In this document: positions 51,530-62,313 of the stretch, one piece after another
How the letters are laid out: each line of letters starts with the position of its first letter
Position numbering within the stretch: the first letter of the stretch is position 1
From: an uncultured Methanomicrobiales archaeon
Lineage (GTDB): Archaea > Halobacteriota > Methanomicrobia > Methanomicrobiales > Methanospirillaceae
Direction of reading: 5' to 3'
Assembly: GCA_963697895.1 (NCBI GenBank)
Contig: OY969100.1
Span: forward strand, 1,344,001-1,408,000
Length of the DNA: 64,000 nucleotides
Program-made: the position numbers and the translations under genes
Notes under the pieces: generated by a model
Database searches by the model: none
The model's input: the letters and a program-made list of their open reading frames with translations, nothing else
What the model was told of the DNA's origin: nothing

Positions 51530-51774
51530 TGCGATACACGGTCACCATTACCATCACACTTAAGGACGGGATGCTCGACCCGGAAGCCGAAGCGATCCGG
51601 CATGCGCTGTCAAACCTCGGATTTGATATCGATTCGCTCGGCACGGCACGAAAGTTCCGGTTACAGTATAATGCACCGGATGCAGCTGCGGCACGGGCTC
51701 AGGCGGCACGGATGTGCGAGCGCCTCCTCGCGAACCCGGTCATCCACCGGTACGATATCGAGGTCATGGAATGA
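51529..51774 (+). CDS. purS: FGAM synthase subunit PurS
   Basis: LDPEAEAI, MCERLLANPVIHRY. Confidence 0.93.
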   Translation: MRYTVTITITLKDGMLDPEAEAIRHALSNLGFDIDSLGTARKFRLQYNAPDAAAARAQAARMCERLLANPVIHRYDIEVME

Positions 51775-52469
51775 GATTTGCGGTTATCCAGTTTGGGGGA
51801 AGCAACTGCGACCGGGACGCCCAGTTGGTTCTCTCGGGGGTATGCGGAGTTGATACCGATCTTATCTGGTACAAGGAGGGGCTCTCCCGCGGATACGATG
51901 CACTGATCATTCCCGGCGGATTTTCCTACGGGGACTATCTCCGGGCAGGCGCCATCGCTGCGAGGACCCCCGTAATGAAGGAGATCCGTGCCCATGTGGA
52001 AGGCGGCAGGCTCCTGCTCGGGATCTGCAACGGGGCACAGATCTGCGCAGAAAGTGATCTCGTGCCGGGCGTGTTCACAATCAACGCCTATCCGAAATTC
52101 ATCTGCCGGCCTGCCTGCCTCCGGGTGGAGCAGAATGATACTCCGTTCACGTCATGCTTCAGGAGGCATGAAGTGATCCGGCTGCCGATCGCACATAAAG
52201 AAGGACGATATGTGGCGCCCCGAGAAGTCCTCCGGAATCTTGCAGCGGAAAACCGGGTCATTTTCCGGTTCTGCAACCGGGAAGGAGAACTGACCCCCGA
52301 GAGCAACCCGAACGGATCGGTGGATCATATCACCGGAATATGCAATGAACAGAAAAATGTGCTCGCGATGATGCCGCACCCGGAAAGGGCATCGGAATCG
52401 ATCCTTGGATCAGACGACGGAAAGAAGATTTTTGTGTCGATGATCCGGTATATCGAAGAGCACGGATAA
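51771..52469 (+). CDS. purQ: FGAM synthase glutaminase subunit PurQ
   Basis: ATG at 51771; FGGSNCDRD, PGGFSYGDYLRAG, GICNG, AHKEG, NPNGS, MMPHPER. Confidence 0.95.
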   Translation: MRFAVIQFGGSNCDRDAQLVLSGVCGVDTDLIWYKEGLSRGYDALIIPGGFSYGDYLRAGAIAARTPVMKEIRAHVEGGRLLLGICNGAQICAESDLVPGVFTINAYPKFICRPACLRVEQNDTPFTSCFRRHEVIRLPIAHKEGRYVAPREVLRNLAAENRVIFRFCNREGELTPESNPNGSVDHITGICNEQKNVLAMMPHPERASESILGSDDGKKIFVSMIRYIEEHG

Positions 52470-52510
52470 CATCCTGTCAGAGAGGAAACAGGAACGATGT
52501 GGTGAAAAAA

Positions 52511-52825
52511 ATGGCAGACAAGAGAGAGGATGAGCCCGGAAAGAAGCCGGAACAGGACAATCTCGAAGAAGAACTCCGCGCCTGGGCTGAGAAGTACGCC
52601 CGGGAGCATGGATTTGTCTTAAACCCCGATGACAAACAGCTGAACATCGTGATCCGGGGACTTGCACGGAACATCCGGAAACACGGGGCACAGTACTGCC
52701 CGTGCCGGCTCCGGAGCGGTGACACAGAGACCGATAAAAAGATCATCTGCCCGTGTATCTACCACGGAGAAGAGGTCGAGAAAGAGGGCAGCTGCCACTG
52801 CAACCTGTATTTCAAGAATACGTGA
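52511..52825 (+). CDS. ferredoxin:thioredoxin reductase catalytic-subunit-like protein
   Basis: CPC...CPC...CHC cysteine pattern. Confidence 0.9.
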   Translation: MADKREDEPGKKPEQDNLEEELRAWAEKYAREHGFVLNPDDKQLNIVIRGLARNIRKHGAQYCPCRLRSGDTETDKKIICPCIYHGEEVEKEGSCHCNLYFKNT

Positions 52826-53160
52826 TCTGCAAAACCGTTACCTGCATGAGCAGGAATCAGTGCACTATACCGATTCAGACTCACGGGGACAAAAAATTGA
52901 AGGTACTAACCGGACACCTTTTTTATTGCTTATTCTTTCCCCCGCTTTGCAATGGCATCACCAATCGGATAGAATCAAACAAGGATGGCAATAATGCCGA
53001 TCACCAGGTAACAGAGGGAATTTTGGAAGGCTAAGTTATGGATGCCCCCCGTCACCATAATAGCCCGGCCAAGTTTCTCGTTCCGGATCTGCCGGAAAAC
53101 ATGGATTCCCGGTCTGTTTACTCATAAACGTATCCTCCTGCAAAAGAACCGCGAGTATTC

Positions 53161-54810
53161 CTATTTTTCCTGCCCTCTCTTGGAGATGGCATCATAAATC
53201 GCATAGAATCCGACAAGGATGGCAATAATATACCCGATAACGGCCAGGTAAAAGACAATGTTCGGGAGCCTGACATCGGAGGCAAGGAGCACGAGAGAAG
53301 ATCCCACGACAATGCCCGCGGTAACGAGACCGAGGAGGATCCGGTCGCTCGTCCGGTCGAGAGACCGCTGGAGCTTGGCGATATCGCTGTCCATGAGATC
53401 GATCTTGATGGTACCGGTCGAGAGCGCCCTGAAAGTTTTATTGAGGTTCCGGGGCAGGTCAAAGACCCCGTCGACGGCTTCTTCGAAGGAATGGCGTGCC
53501 CTGTGCCAGAACAGATCGGACATCATCTCTCTTTGTGTCAACCTTCTCGCGTATGGTTCGGCCTCTTCCTTGAAGCTGAAGTCCGGGTCGAGCGTGACCC
53601 CCACATCGAGCACCATGACGAGTACCTTGAGCATCAGCATCAGGTTGGTCGGCACCACGATCTGGTACCGCCGGAGAACTTCCGTGAGGCCATCGGACAT
53701 CCCCTTGAAACTGGTCTCTCCGATATGAGAACCTTCTGATTCCAGCATCGCTTCATAGATTTCATCCCGCAGCTCATCCCGGTCCAGATCCCGGATCGTC
53801 ACCCCGAGTCCTTCAATTCCCTTTAAGATCGGGACCGGGTCCCCCTTGACGAGCCCGTCGAGGAGGCGGATGAACGCCAGGCGCCGCTCCGGGCGTATGA
53901 TCCCGACGATACCGAAATCGAGGAAGACAAGGTTGCCTCCTTTCGTAACGAACAGGTTTCCGGGATGCGGATCTCCATGAAAAAAGCCGTCCTCGAAGAT
54001 CTGTTTCATATACGCATAGAAGCCCCGTTTTGCAATCATCACCGGGTCCACGCCGAATTCTTTTATTTTTGCGACATTATCGACCCGGACACCATCGATG
54101 TACTCCATCACCAGCAGCTCTTTGGTACTGAATTCCCAATAGATCTTCGGGACTTTCACCCCCTCGATCTTCTCCATATCATGCCTGAGGCGGTCCGCAT
54201 TCCGCCCGTCCCTCACAAAATCCAGCTCCTTTCGTATCTGGATGGAGAAATCCTTCACGAGACCTTTCGGGTTATACACCCGGTACTGGGGATAATAACG
54301 CTCGAATCTTTGTGCAAAGGACTCAAGGATAAGGAGATCCGTCTCGATAACATCCCTGATGCCGGGACGCTGGACCTTAAGGACGACAGGTGTGCCGTCA
54401 ATTAATTTCGCAAAATGTACCTGAGAGATGGAAGCGGAAGCGAGAGGTTCCGGATCCACATCCGTAAAGCAGACATCGGGGTCCGGGCAGTTCGCTTCGA
54501 TGACCTTCCTGATCACCTCATAGGGAAGAGGGTTCGCCTTGTCCTGGAGCTTCTTTAATTCCGTGATAAGTTCCGGTGGGAGTATGTCCTGCCGGGTGGC
54601 AAGGATTTGCCCGAACTTGATAAAAGTCGGGCCCAGTTCCTCGATGGCAAGCCGCATGCGCTGGTAAACGGAAGTGATCGGTTCAACCGGGCAGGTCTTG
54701 CATCGTCTGAAACGGTATGTACCGGGAAAGAGCCGCTGGACAACCGAACCGAACTCATATTTCAGGAGGATATCGCCGATCTGCCAGTAACGCCTGAGCT
54801 TGGTCACCAT
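53161..54810 (-). CDS. ABC1/UbiB (AarF) family atypical kinase
   Basis: ELGPTFIKFGQ, PLASASISQVH, VLKVQRP, ELDF, FFHGDPHPGN, LDFG; two C-terminal TM. Confidence 0.93.
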   Translation of the reverse strand: MVTKLRRYWQIGDILLKYEFGSVVQRLFPGTYRFRRCKTCPVEPITSVYQRMRLAIEELGPTFIKFGQILATRQDILPPELITELKKLQDKANPLPYEVIRKVIEANCPDPDVCFTDVDPEPLASASISQVHFAKLIDGTPVVLKVQRPGIRDVIETDLLILESFAQRFERYYPQYRVYNPKGLVKDFSIQIRKELDFVRDGRNADRLRHDMEKIEGVKVPKIYWEFSTKELLVMEYIDGVRVDNVAKIKEFGVDPVMIAKRGFYAYMKQIFEDGFFHGDPHPGNLFVTKGGNLVFLDFGIVGIIRPERRLAFIRLLDGLVKGDPVPILKGIEGLGVTIRDLDRDELRDEIYEAMLESEGSHIGETSFKGMSDGLTEVLRRYQIVVPTNLMLMLKVLVMVLDVGVTLDPDFSFKEEAEPYARRLTQREMMSDLFWHRARHSFEEAVDGVFDLPRNLNKTFRALSTGTIKIDLMDSDIAKLQRSLDRTSDRILLGLVTAGIVVGSSLVLLASDVRLPNIVFYLAVIGYIIAILVGFYAIYDAISKRGQEK

Positions 54811-54970
54811 GATATCGTGTCAGCCCTGAGCAGAATATTCACGGGGCTTATATTAGTCCCTTTCTATGAGCCCCTGAAATCCAGGTCCTGTTATTCACCG
54901 GACCCGAAAGGGAACCCCTGACGCTTGACATACGGTATGCAATTACCGGTGTCAGGAAACATCTGGTCTG

Positions 54971-55165
54971 TTAATTCCCGCCAGATGCCAGGACCGTGAA
55001 GTGCTTCTTGCACCGTGCACACGTTCCCTCCCGGGTTTCCTTATAGAATGCCTTGGGCATGTTGTACATGATCGAATTTTCCCATTGACAATCAGGACAG
55101 GTGAAATGGATACCATACCCGATTCTCGTCCCGATAACCGTAGGTTTTAAGGCAGTTTCTGTCAT
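54971..55165 (-). CDS. small zinc-ribbon protein
   Basis: 64 aa from ATG 55165 with FTCPDC and TCARC; the longer ORF-track start at 55369 is doubtful. Confidence 0.65.
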   Translation of the reverse strand: MTETALKPTVIGTRIGYGIHFTCPDCQWENSIMYNMPKAFYKETREGTCARCKKHFTVLASGGN

Positions 55166-55511
55166 TATGTTAATCCTTTGATGCCGTTTTATGAGAGATT
55201 GAAACATCTTCCAATCCGGGTTTTTGCGAAATTCCGGTACAATAAGATCTCCGTCTGGCATATGTTCCCTGATGGAATCGGTTATTACTCCTATTCCATC
55301 AAAAACAATATTTCCACCCAGATTTTTTCTGATTATACTATAATAGGCGGTCCAGGCGTATATGTTCATAGGGTGATCCCGGTTTTTGGCTGCACTTCCT
55401 GATTATGCTGCCGGCGGAATACCCGGTGCTCATGTAGTCCGGGCAGCTGTTCGTATCATCAGGCCCTTACGCACGATCACACCGGTACACCGGGAGAATG
55501 GTAATCCACCA

Positions 55512-56999
55512 TCACCGTCTTCTTCTCGGCGGAGGACCAATCCGTTCAAAGTCGATGAAACCGTTATATGGATCGGTCCTTATCAGGCGAACGGTGACCT
55601 TCTGCCCCACGATGAGCCCTTGTTCGCCCTGTATGACCCTCCCTTCGGCCGGGGGGGTGATCAGCCTCACATAGGTCCCCTTATCCGCGGCACCCGTAAC
55701 CAGTCCATCGAAGGATTCGCCTATCCGGTCCTTAAGGAGGACTGCTGCCGCAGCCTTCCGCATGAAACGCTCGGCCTTCTGGGAGGCCTTCTCCCGGCCG
55801 GTCAGCCAGCCGGAGAGATCCTCCAGTTCTTCGGTCGAGTAGGGGACGGTTTTCCCGTCGAGGACCGCTTTCAGGAGCCGCTGGTTGATGATGTCCACAT
55901 AGCGCCGGTTCGGGGCGGTAGAATGCGTGTAATCCATGACCGCGAGGGCAAAGTGGCCGATTGGAACAGTACCCGGTGCAAATGCGACGTATTCACCGGC
56001 CCCCATCAGTTTCACGATCGTCAGCGACAGGTCAGGGAACCGCTCGGGATCGGCTATTTTTTGGCGGTCAAGGAACTCTGCCAGCGCCTTTGAATCAGGT
56101 TCGGCAGGCAGGTGCACCCCGTATTCCGCAGCCGTCTCCACGATCCCTTCCCAGTTTTTCGGTACCCGGACGATTCGCTGGATCAGGGGAATACCTGCTT
56201 CGCCCAGACGGTTCACCATGGTCTGGTTGGAGGCGACCATGAACTCCTCGATAATGGACCGGGCAATGTTCTGCCGTTGTACAACGAGGTCCCTCACCTG
56301 GCCGTCTTCCACGACCGCCTCCGGCTCAAGGGTCTCGAGATCGAGCGCCCCCTGCTGCATGCGGGACGTTCTCAACCGATGGGCGGTCTCTACCTGAAGA
56401 GAGATCTGTTTTTCCAGTCCGGCAACCTCACGGACCACCCGGGGTACCGGCCCGGTCCCTTCCAGCCACATCCCGAGACCATCATAAACCAGTTTCGCCT
56501 TGTTGCTGACAAGGGCCCGGTAGATTTCACCGTGGCGGACAGTTCCATCCGGAAAGACCGTGTACTCGACGATCACGGCCCTGCGGTCCTCACCCGGCAG
56601 GAGGGAGGATATCCCCTTGGAGAGCTGGTCCGGCAGCAGGGGAAAGGTCTCGATCCCCAGGTATACCGATGTCCCGTTATGGGCGGCGTGACGGTCGGTC
56701 TGTGAATCCCGGGGAACGAAGAGATCGACGTCAGCGATCGCGATCTTCACCCGTATATCCCCGTCAGGGCCGGATTCACAGTATTCCAGCTGGTCGAGAT
56801 CCATCGAATCGGCATTATCGATGGATGACCAGAGGAGCGATCGCAGGTCCCGTACGTGTTCCAGGCCGGCGGTTATCTTCTTCGCATCTATTTCGCTTAC
56901 TTCCCGGAATACAGCCTTGGGGAACCGGGGTTCGAACCCGTACCTTTCCATGGCAGTCCATGCGATCGCTTTCAGGTCAACGGTGCGTGGATTATTCAT
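55512..56999 (-). CDS. RNB-domain exoribonuclease (RNase II/R family) with C-terminal S1 domain
   Basis: SIDNADSMDLDQ, IAIADV, IEEFMVASN, HFALAVMDYTHSTAPNRRYVD. Confidence 0.92.
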   Translation of the reverse strand: MNNPRTVDLKAIAWTAMERYGFEPRFPKAVFREVSEIDAKKITAGLEHVRDLRSLLWSSIDNADSMDLDQLEYCESGPDGDIRVKIAIADVDLFVPRDSQTDRHAAHNGTSVYLGIETFPLLPDQLSKGISSLLPGEDRRAVIVEYTVFPDGTVRHGEIYRALVSNKAKLVYDGLGMWLEGTGPVPRVVREVAGLEKQISLQVETAHRLRTSRMQQGALDLETLEPEAVVEDGQVRDLVVQRQNIARSIIEEFMVASNQTMVNRLGEAGIPLIQRIVRVPKNWEGIVETAAEYGVHLPAEPDSKALAEFLDRQKIADPERFPDLSLTIVKLMGAGEYVAFAPGTVPIGHFALAVMDYTHSTAPNRRYVDIINQRLLKAVLDGKTVPYSTEELEDLSGWLTGREKASQKAERFMRKAAAAVLLKDRIGESFDGLVTGAADKGTYVRLITPPAEGRVIQGEQGLIVGQKVTVRLIRTDPYNGFIDFERIGPPPRRRR

Positions 57000-57228
57000 G
57001 ATGTCGAAAAGAGATTCGTTTCAGGGCATAAATATCCCATGATACCAAAATGTCGGTTTCGTGGCCCTCATTGGATGAACCAATGTACTCCTCATACCCA
57101 ATGGCCGATGTTACACGGACACCCTCGTCCGACTTTTCATCGGGCATTTTGACAGGAATCCAAATTTAAAGACGCTTGTCGGGAGTGACCCCGCCAGGGA
57201 AATGAATGGTCAAAAGGCAGAATTACGG

Positions 57229-58914
57229 CTACCGGTGGCAAAAGTAGGCGCATATACGATTGCCTGATACGTCATCGATCCGGGCGAACCCGACACGCTC
57301 GAACTGCACCACCGCATCGGCCTCCCGGACAACACCCGGCTCGCAGACACCCTGCACGTCTCCCTCCGGTTTCCGGAGCGTGCACGGCAGTGCACAGTCG
57401 ACCGGCAGCCACTGGATGATCGGTGCCTTGCATGCCCTCGCGTCGGCCAGGGCGTCCCCGGCATAGGTGAAGACGGGAATTTCCCCTTCAAGGGATATCC
57501 GGACATTGAAAAGGTCCTTTAACCGGATCATCCCCGGGCCCTTTTCGATCTCCTCTGCCGGCACGAGGACCGTCCCCGAAAAGGGGAGCACCCGGACGCC
57601 CCGCTGCGGGTTCCCGGGGTGGAGGAGGGCATGTGCCTCGTGGCAGGGGGCGTCCCGGACAGACACCGCCACCGGGTCCGGCACAAAGAAGAACCGGTTC
57701 GCAACCGGGTCCACGATCGCCCGGTTTCGTGCATAGAGGTTGTCCCAGGAGAACGAGATATCGGTGTCCCCGGTCCCGATATCGAGCATCGCGTTCCGGA
57801 CGGCTTCCGGCTCGATCCCCCGGCGGGCAAGCGCCCGGAGCGTGCCGAGCCGGATATCATCCCATCCGGTATACGTTCCTTCTGCAATTCCTGCCCGCAT
57901 CTGGGAGGTGGAGAGGACGACCCCCTCGATCCCCATCCGGCCGTAGTGGATGTAGTGGGGCACCGTCCACCCGAAATAGTCAATGATGTACCGCTGGCGG
58001 CGGGTATTGGCGATGTGGTCCTTGCCCCGGATCACATGGGTGACCCCGGTAAGGTGGTCGTCCACCGCGACCGAGAAGTTCATGAGCGGGTAGACCTCGG
58101 CATCCAGCCGGGGATGGATCGGTGCCTTCAGGATCCGGAAGATCGGAAAGTCCCGCATCGCCGGGTCGGGATGTTCGAGTTCCGTCTTCACCCGGACGGA
58201 TGCCTCCCCTTCGTAGAACTCCCGGTCAAGCATCCGCTGCCAGAGGCCGAGGTCCTCCTCGACCGTCTTCCCTCGGCAGGGACATGCCTTACTCCCCAGT
58301 TTCAGCTCCCGGAACTGCTCGTTCTCGCAGCTGCAGACATAAGCGCCACCGAGCTCGATCAGCTTACGGCAAAATTTATAATAAAAATCAAACCGGTCGC
58401 TCTGGTAGATGACCTCGGTGATACCGAGCTCAAGCCAGGCGATATCTTCCTGCACCATCGCATATGCTTCGGGATCCACTCTTTTTGGATCCGTGTCCTC
58501 GATCCGGAGGATGTAGCGGCCGCCGTACTCACGCACGTAGGCATCGTTCAGGACTGCGGCCCGTGCATGGCCGAGATGGAGCGGCCCGCTCGGGTTCGGG
58601 GCAAACCGCATGACCACCCCGCCTTCAGCTGCCGGGAGTGCCGGCAGTTTCCGCTCCGCCCGCTCGTGCTTCTCCTCGTGCACGAGATCGGGGGCGAGTG
58701 TTTTCAGTGCCACCTCCCGCTCCTCCTCTGAAAGAGCACCTACCCTGGCAAGTACCTGGTCGAGAACTTTCCTGACCTCGGGGGCACGGGAACGGAGTTC
58801 CGGGTGTGCACCCATCACCATGCCAAGGACCGTCCCTGCCTTCGGCAGGCTCTTATATCTCACCGCATTCTGGAGCGCGGAGACTAAAAGGATCTCCCAC
58901 AGGTCAGCTGCCAT
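57229..58914 (-). CDS. gltX: glutamyl-tRNA synthetase (archaeal type)
   Basis: RFAPNPSGPLHLGH, LRIEDTDP, THVIRGKDH, LSTS, QFERVGF. Confidence 0.96.
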   Translation of the reverse strand: MAADLWEILLVSALQNAVRYKSLPKAGTVLGMVMGAHPELRSRAPEVRKVLDQVLARVGALSEEEREVALKTLAPDLVHEEKHERAERKLPALPAAEGGVVMRFAPNPSGPLHLGHARAAVLNDAYVREYGGRYILRIEDTDPKRVDPEAYAMVQEDIAWLELGITEVIYQSDRFDFYYKFCRKLIELGGAYVCSCENEQFRELKLGSKACPCRGKTVEEDLGLWQRMLDREFYEGEASVRVKTELEHPDPAMRDFPIFRILKAPIHPRLDAEVYPLMNFSVAVDDHLTGVTHVIRGKDHIANTRRQRYIIDYFGWTVPHYIHYGRMGIEGVVLSTSQMRAGIAEGTYTGWDDIRLGTLRALARRGIEPEAVRNAMLDIGTGDTDISFSWDNLYARNRAIVDPVANRFFFVPDPVAVSVRDAPCHEAHALLHPGNPQRGVRVLPFSGTVLVPAEEIEKGPGMIRLKDLFNVRISLEGEIPVFTYAGDALADARACKAPIIQWLPVDCALPCTLRKPEGDVQGVCEPGVVREADAVVQFERVGFARIDDVSGNRICAYFCHR

Positions 58915-58915
58915 C

Positions 58916-59878
58916 TCAGGCGCCCCGGGTGATGAAGTAATCTCCGATCTGCTTTAAAAGGTCCTTTTCTTCTGAATCGGGAAGTATCGAGATGTTTTGT
59001 TTTCCTGTCTCGACCAGCCCGGATGCAACATCCCGCACCGCCTCGATCACCCCCAGTGCCTGAAGTTCCCGGATAATCCGGTCGATCTCCGCATCCGAGA
59101 GCTCACGCCGGAACGGGGAGAGATCGAGTCCGGCCTCACGTGCTTTGATGCTGATCAGGGTCTGTTTACCCTCCCGGAGATCAGATCCACGGTCTTTCCC
59201 GCTTTTTTCCTCGGCCGCCTGCAGGTCGATCAGGTCGTCCTGGATCTGGAAGGCCATACCGGTATTCAGCCCGTAGTAATAGAGCGCCTCCACCTGGCCA
59301 GGAGTTCCCCCGGCAAGTATCCCGCCGATTCCGGCTGATGCGGCATAGAGAACCCCGGTCTTCTTCCGGACCATATCCAGGTATTCACCCGGGGTAACAT
59401 CGTCCCGCCCTTCAAAGGACATGTCCAGGTGCTGCCCCTCGCATATCTCCACACAGGTCCGTGCGAGCATGGATACCGCCCTGATTTTTGCGTTGTCAGG
59501 TGCCGAGCTGAGCGAGAGGAATTCGAATGCTGACGCATACAGTACATCCCCCGCGAGGATCGCCGTCGGTTCATCCCATTTGGTATGGACCGTCGGGACG
59601 CCCCTCCGGACCGCGTCGGCGTCCATGATATCGTCATGGATCAGCGTGAAACTGTGGGTGAGTTCAAGCGCCAGCGATGCGGGCAGGATATCAGAGGAAC
59701 TCCCCTTCCTGACCGCGTCGGCCGCAAGCAAAACCACTGCCGGTCGGAGACGCTTTCCCCCGGCAAGGAGCAGGTGTGCACTCGCCCGTCCGAGCTCGTC
59801 ACAGGGAACTCCAAAGTACCGGTAAAGGAGTTTGTCCACCAGATCGGCGGTTTGTTCCAGATAGGTCCCGAGATCCAT
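58916..59878 (-). CDS. idsA: geranylgeranyl diphosphate synthase
   Basis: GGKRLRP, FTLIHDDIMD...RRG, AGD, GQHLD, KTG, FQIQDD...DLREGK. Confidence 0.93.
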   Translation of the reverse strand: MDLGTYLEQTADLVDKLLYRYFGVPCDELGRASAHLLLAGGKRLRPAVVLLAADAVRKGSSSDILPASLALELTHSFTLIHDDIMDADAVRRGVPTVHTKWDEPTAILAGDVLYASAFEFLSLSSAPDNAKIRAVSMLARTCVEICEGQHLDMSFEGRDDVTPGEYLDMVRKKTGVLYAASAGIGGILAGGTPGQVEALYYYGLNTGMAFQIQDDLIDLQAAEEKSGKDRGSDLREGKQTLISIKAREAGLDLSPFRRELSDAEIDRIIRELQALGVIEAVRDVASGLVETGKQNISILPDSEEKDLLKQIGDYFITRGA

Positions 59879-59891
59879 GCCTCTCACCTGT

Positions 59892-61230
59892 TCATTTGAG
59901 TTTTATCCGCTGCCCGTTGGTCATGATGTGGACATCGTTATGGAGGGTGTATCCGCTTTCCGCGGTAAATTCCGCGTAAGCCGAGGTCATCCGGATGTTC
60001 CCGTGGGCAGGGATGATATGCTGCGGGTTTAACAGGTGGATGAACTCATAATGGTCTTCCCGGTATGCATGCCCGCTGACATGGAGGTCTGAATGGATCC
60101 GCGCCCCGGACATGCCGAGGTGGGCTTCAACCATGTACCGCTGCCCGACATTCATCGGGTTCGGGATCACCTTGGCACTGAAGATGACCTTGTCCCCCTT
60201 TTCCACTTTATAGGGTGTATCGCCGAGTACCACCCGCGTCAGTATTGAGCCGGGTTCGCCCTGGTGACCCGTGACGATAGGCAGGAATTTTTCCTTTCCC
60301 ATCTTCATCATCCGGCGCATGGTGCGGTCAACCGTGCGCCGGTTTCCAAACATGCTCATCGTTTCGGGGAATGCCACGAGTTTCATCTGTTCCGCGGTGG
60401 AACTGTATCGTTCCATCGATCTCCCGAGAAGAATGGGTTTTCTCCCGATCTCGTGAGCACATTCGGCAATCGTCTTCACCCGAGCGATATGGGACGAGAA
60501 CGTGCTGACCAGGATGGCATTTTTATCATCCTCATAACTGGTGATCGTATCCCTCACGAGATCCCGGGCAATCCGCTCGCTGGGTGCCCGCCCCTTATTA
60601 TCGATATATGTACTCTCCACGATCAGGGCGAGGACCCCCTCCTTTCCGATCTGTCTTAACCGCTCAAAATCCGGCGGGTCGCCGATGACCGGTGTCCGGT
60701 CCAGTTTGTAGTCGCAGGAATAGACAATCGCCCCGTGTGGCGTGTGCAGGACGACTGTTGCGGTATCGATGATACTATGTTGCATCCGTACAAATTCAAG
60801 GGTCAGGCTGCGGGGAGAGCGTGTACCGCTGCCCGGTACGTAACGCAAACAGTTTATTGTTCACCCCGAATTTCTGCTCGCCCGCAATCTGCTGCCTGAT
60901 CAGCTCCGTGGTATAGGGGGTGCTGATGATTGGTGCATTATACCGGTGCGCCAGTTTCGGGATCGCCCCGATATGGTCAAGATGTCCGTGGGAACAGACG
61001 ATTGCCTTTACCGTTCCCTCGACCGTATTCATCATCGTGTCGTCGGGGATCGCCTTCATCTGGATCAGGTCCAGGGAGTGCATATTCTCCACTTCAGCAT
61101 CCTCGTGGATCATCACCTGGTCCAGACGGAGCCCCATATCTATGATGACAATCTCTTTCCCGCAGCGGACGGCGGTCATATTTCTCCCGACCTCGTCGTA
61201 TCCCCCCACTGCCACTATTTCAATATCCAT
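59892..61230 (-). CDS. rnj: ribonuclease J (beta-CASP), split by a 1-bp frameshift near 60812
   Basis: [19 protein letters not shown] in one frame; [32 protein letters not shown] in another. Removing one base in ctctccccgcagc fuses them. Confidence 0.92.
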
Positions 61231-61233
61231 TCT

Positions 61234-62313
61234 TTATTCCTCCATTCGATTGCAGAGCATCTCCCGGGTACACCCGGTTATATACGTCCTCGCGCATTTC
61301 AGGTCTGCTACTGTACGCGATCCCGTCAGGAACATGGCAACTCTGAACTGTTCATGGACCGCATCAATCCGTTCGAACAGTTCCTGTTCCCCTTTCATGG
61401 CCGGTTGAAGCAGCGGAAGTGCCATTCCGCCCAATGAGCCACCGAGCGCAATGGCCTTGGCCATATCCACGCCGCTCCGGATGCCACCGGTGGCGATGAC
61501 CGGTCCCCCGAGCGGAGCGATCTCACGCAGGCTCACTACCGTCGGGATTCCCCAGCCCGTAAACTCATCCCTGAGGGAAATGAGTTTTTTATCTTTGTTA
61601 TGTGGACTTTCCTCTGCTCGTACGCCTTCGATGGCGGCCCAGGACGTTCCACCCCAGCCACCAGTATCGATTGCCGCTACTCCTGCTCCAAAACATCTCC
61701 GGGCAGTCTCAGCTGAAATTCCACTCCCAGTCTCTTTTATGATGACCGGGTACTTAAATTCATCACATAGCCGGTGCAGTGCGTCCAGACATCCCGAGGC
61801 GTCATGATCTCCTTCCGGCTGGATCGCCTCCTGGAGAAAATTCAGGTGGATGGCAATCGCATCGGCACCGATCATATCGACCGCACGCTCCGCCCATTCG
61901 ATCCCGTTATCCCTGAGCTGGACGACCCCGAGGTTTGCGACGATAAATGCTTCGGGTGCCTCCTCACGGACGATCGAGAAGGTCTCCTCGAATTCCGGAT
62001 TTTCCAGTGCGGCCCGCTGGGAACCGACTCCCATTCCGATTCCGAACCGGGCGGCCGCCCGGGCAAGCCGGACGTTCACTTCGCGGGTACCGGGATGCCC
62101 TCCTGTCATCGCTGCGATGAAGAGGGGTGAACGAAGCCGGTGATGGAGAAAAACGGTCGAAGTGTCCACCGTCTGAAGATCACATTCGGGAAGCGCATTA
62201 TGGACCAGACGGACGTCTGAAAAGCCGGAAAAACCCCGTTCCACATCATTTTCAAGGCAGATTCGAAGATGGTCCATCTTTCGCCGGGGAGTGCTGGGCT
62301 CAGGCGCCGACAT
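61234..62313 (-). CDS. fni: type 2 isopentenyl-diphosphate isomerase
   Basis: ATG at 62313; RKMDHL, AMTGG, GVGSQR, HLNFLQEAIQPEGD, IKETGSG, GGTSW, ATGGIRSG. Confidence 0.95.
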   Translation of the reverse strand: MSAPEPSTPRRKMDHLRICLENDVERGFSGFSDVRLVHNALPECDLQTVDTSTVFLHHRLRSPLFIAAMTGGHPGTREVNVRLARAAARFGIGMGVGSQRAALENPEFEETFSIVREEAPEAFIVANLGVVQLRDNGIEWAERAVDMIGADAIAIHLNFLQEAIQPEGDHDASGCLDALHRLCDEFKYPVIIKETGSGISAETARRCFGAGVAAIDTGGWGGTSWAAIEGVRAEESPHNKDKKLISLRDEFTGWGIPTVVSLREIAPLGGPVIATGGIRSGVDMAKAIALGGSLGGMALPLLQPAMKGEQELFERIDAVHEQFRVAMFLTGSRTVADLKCARTYITGCTREMLCNRMEE

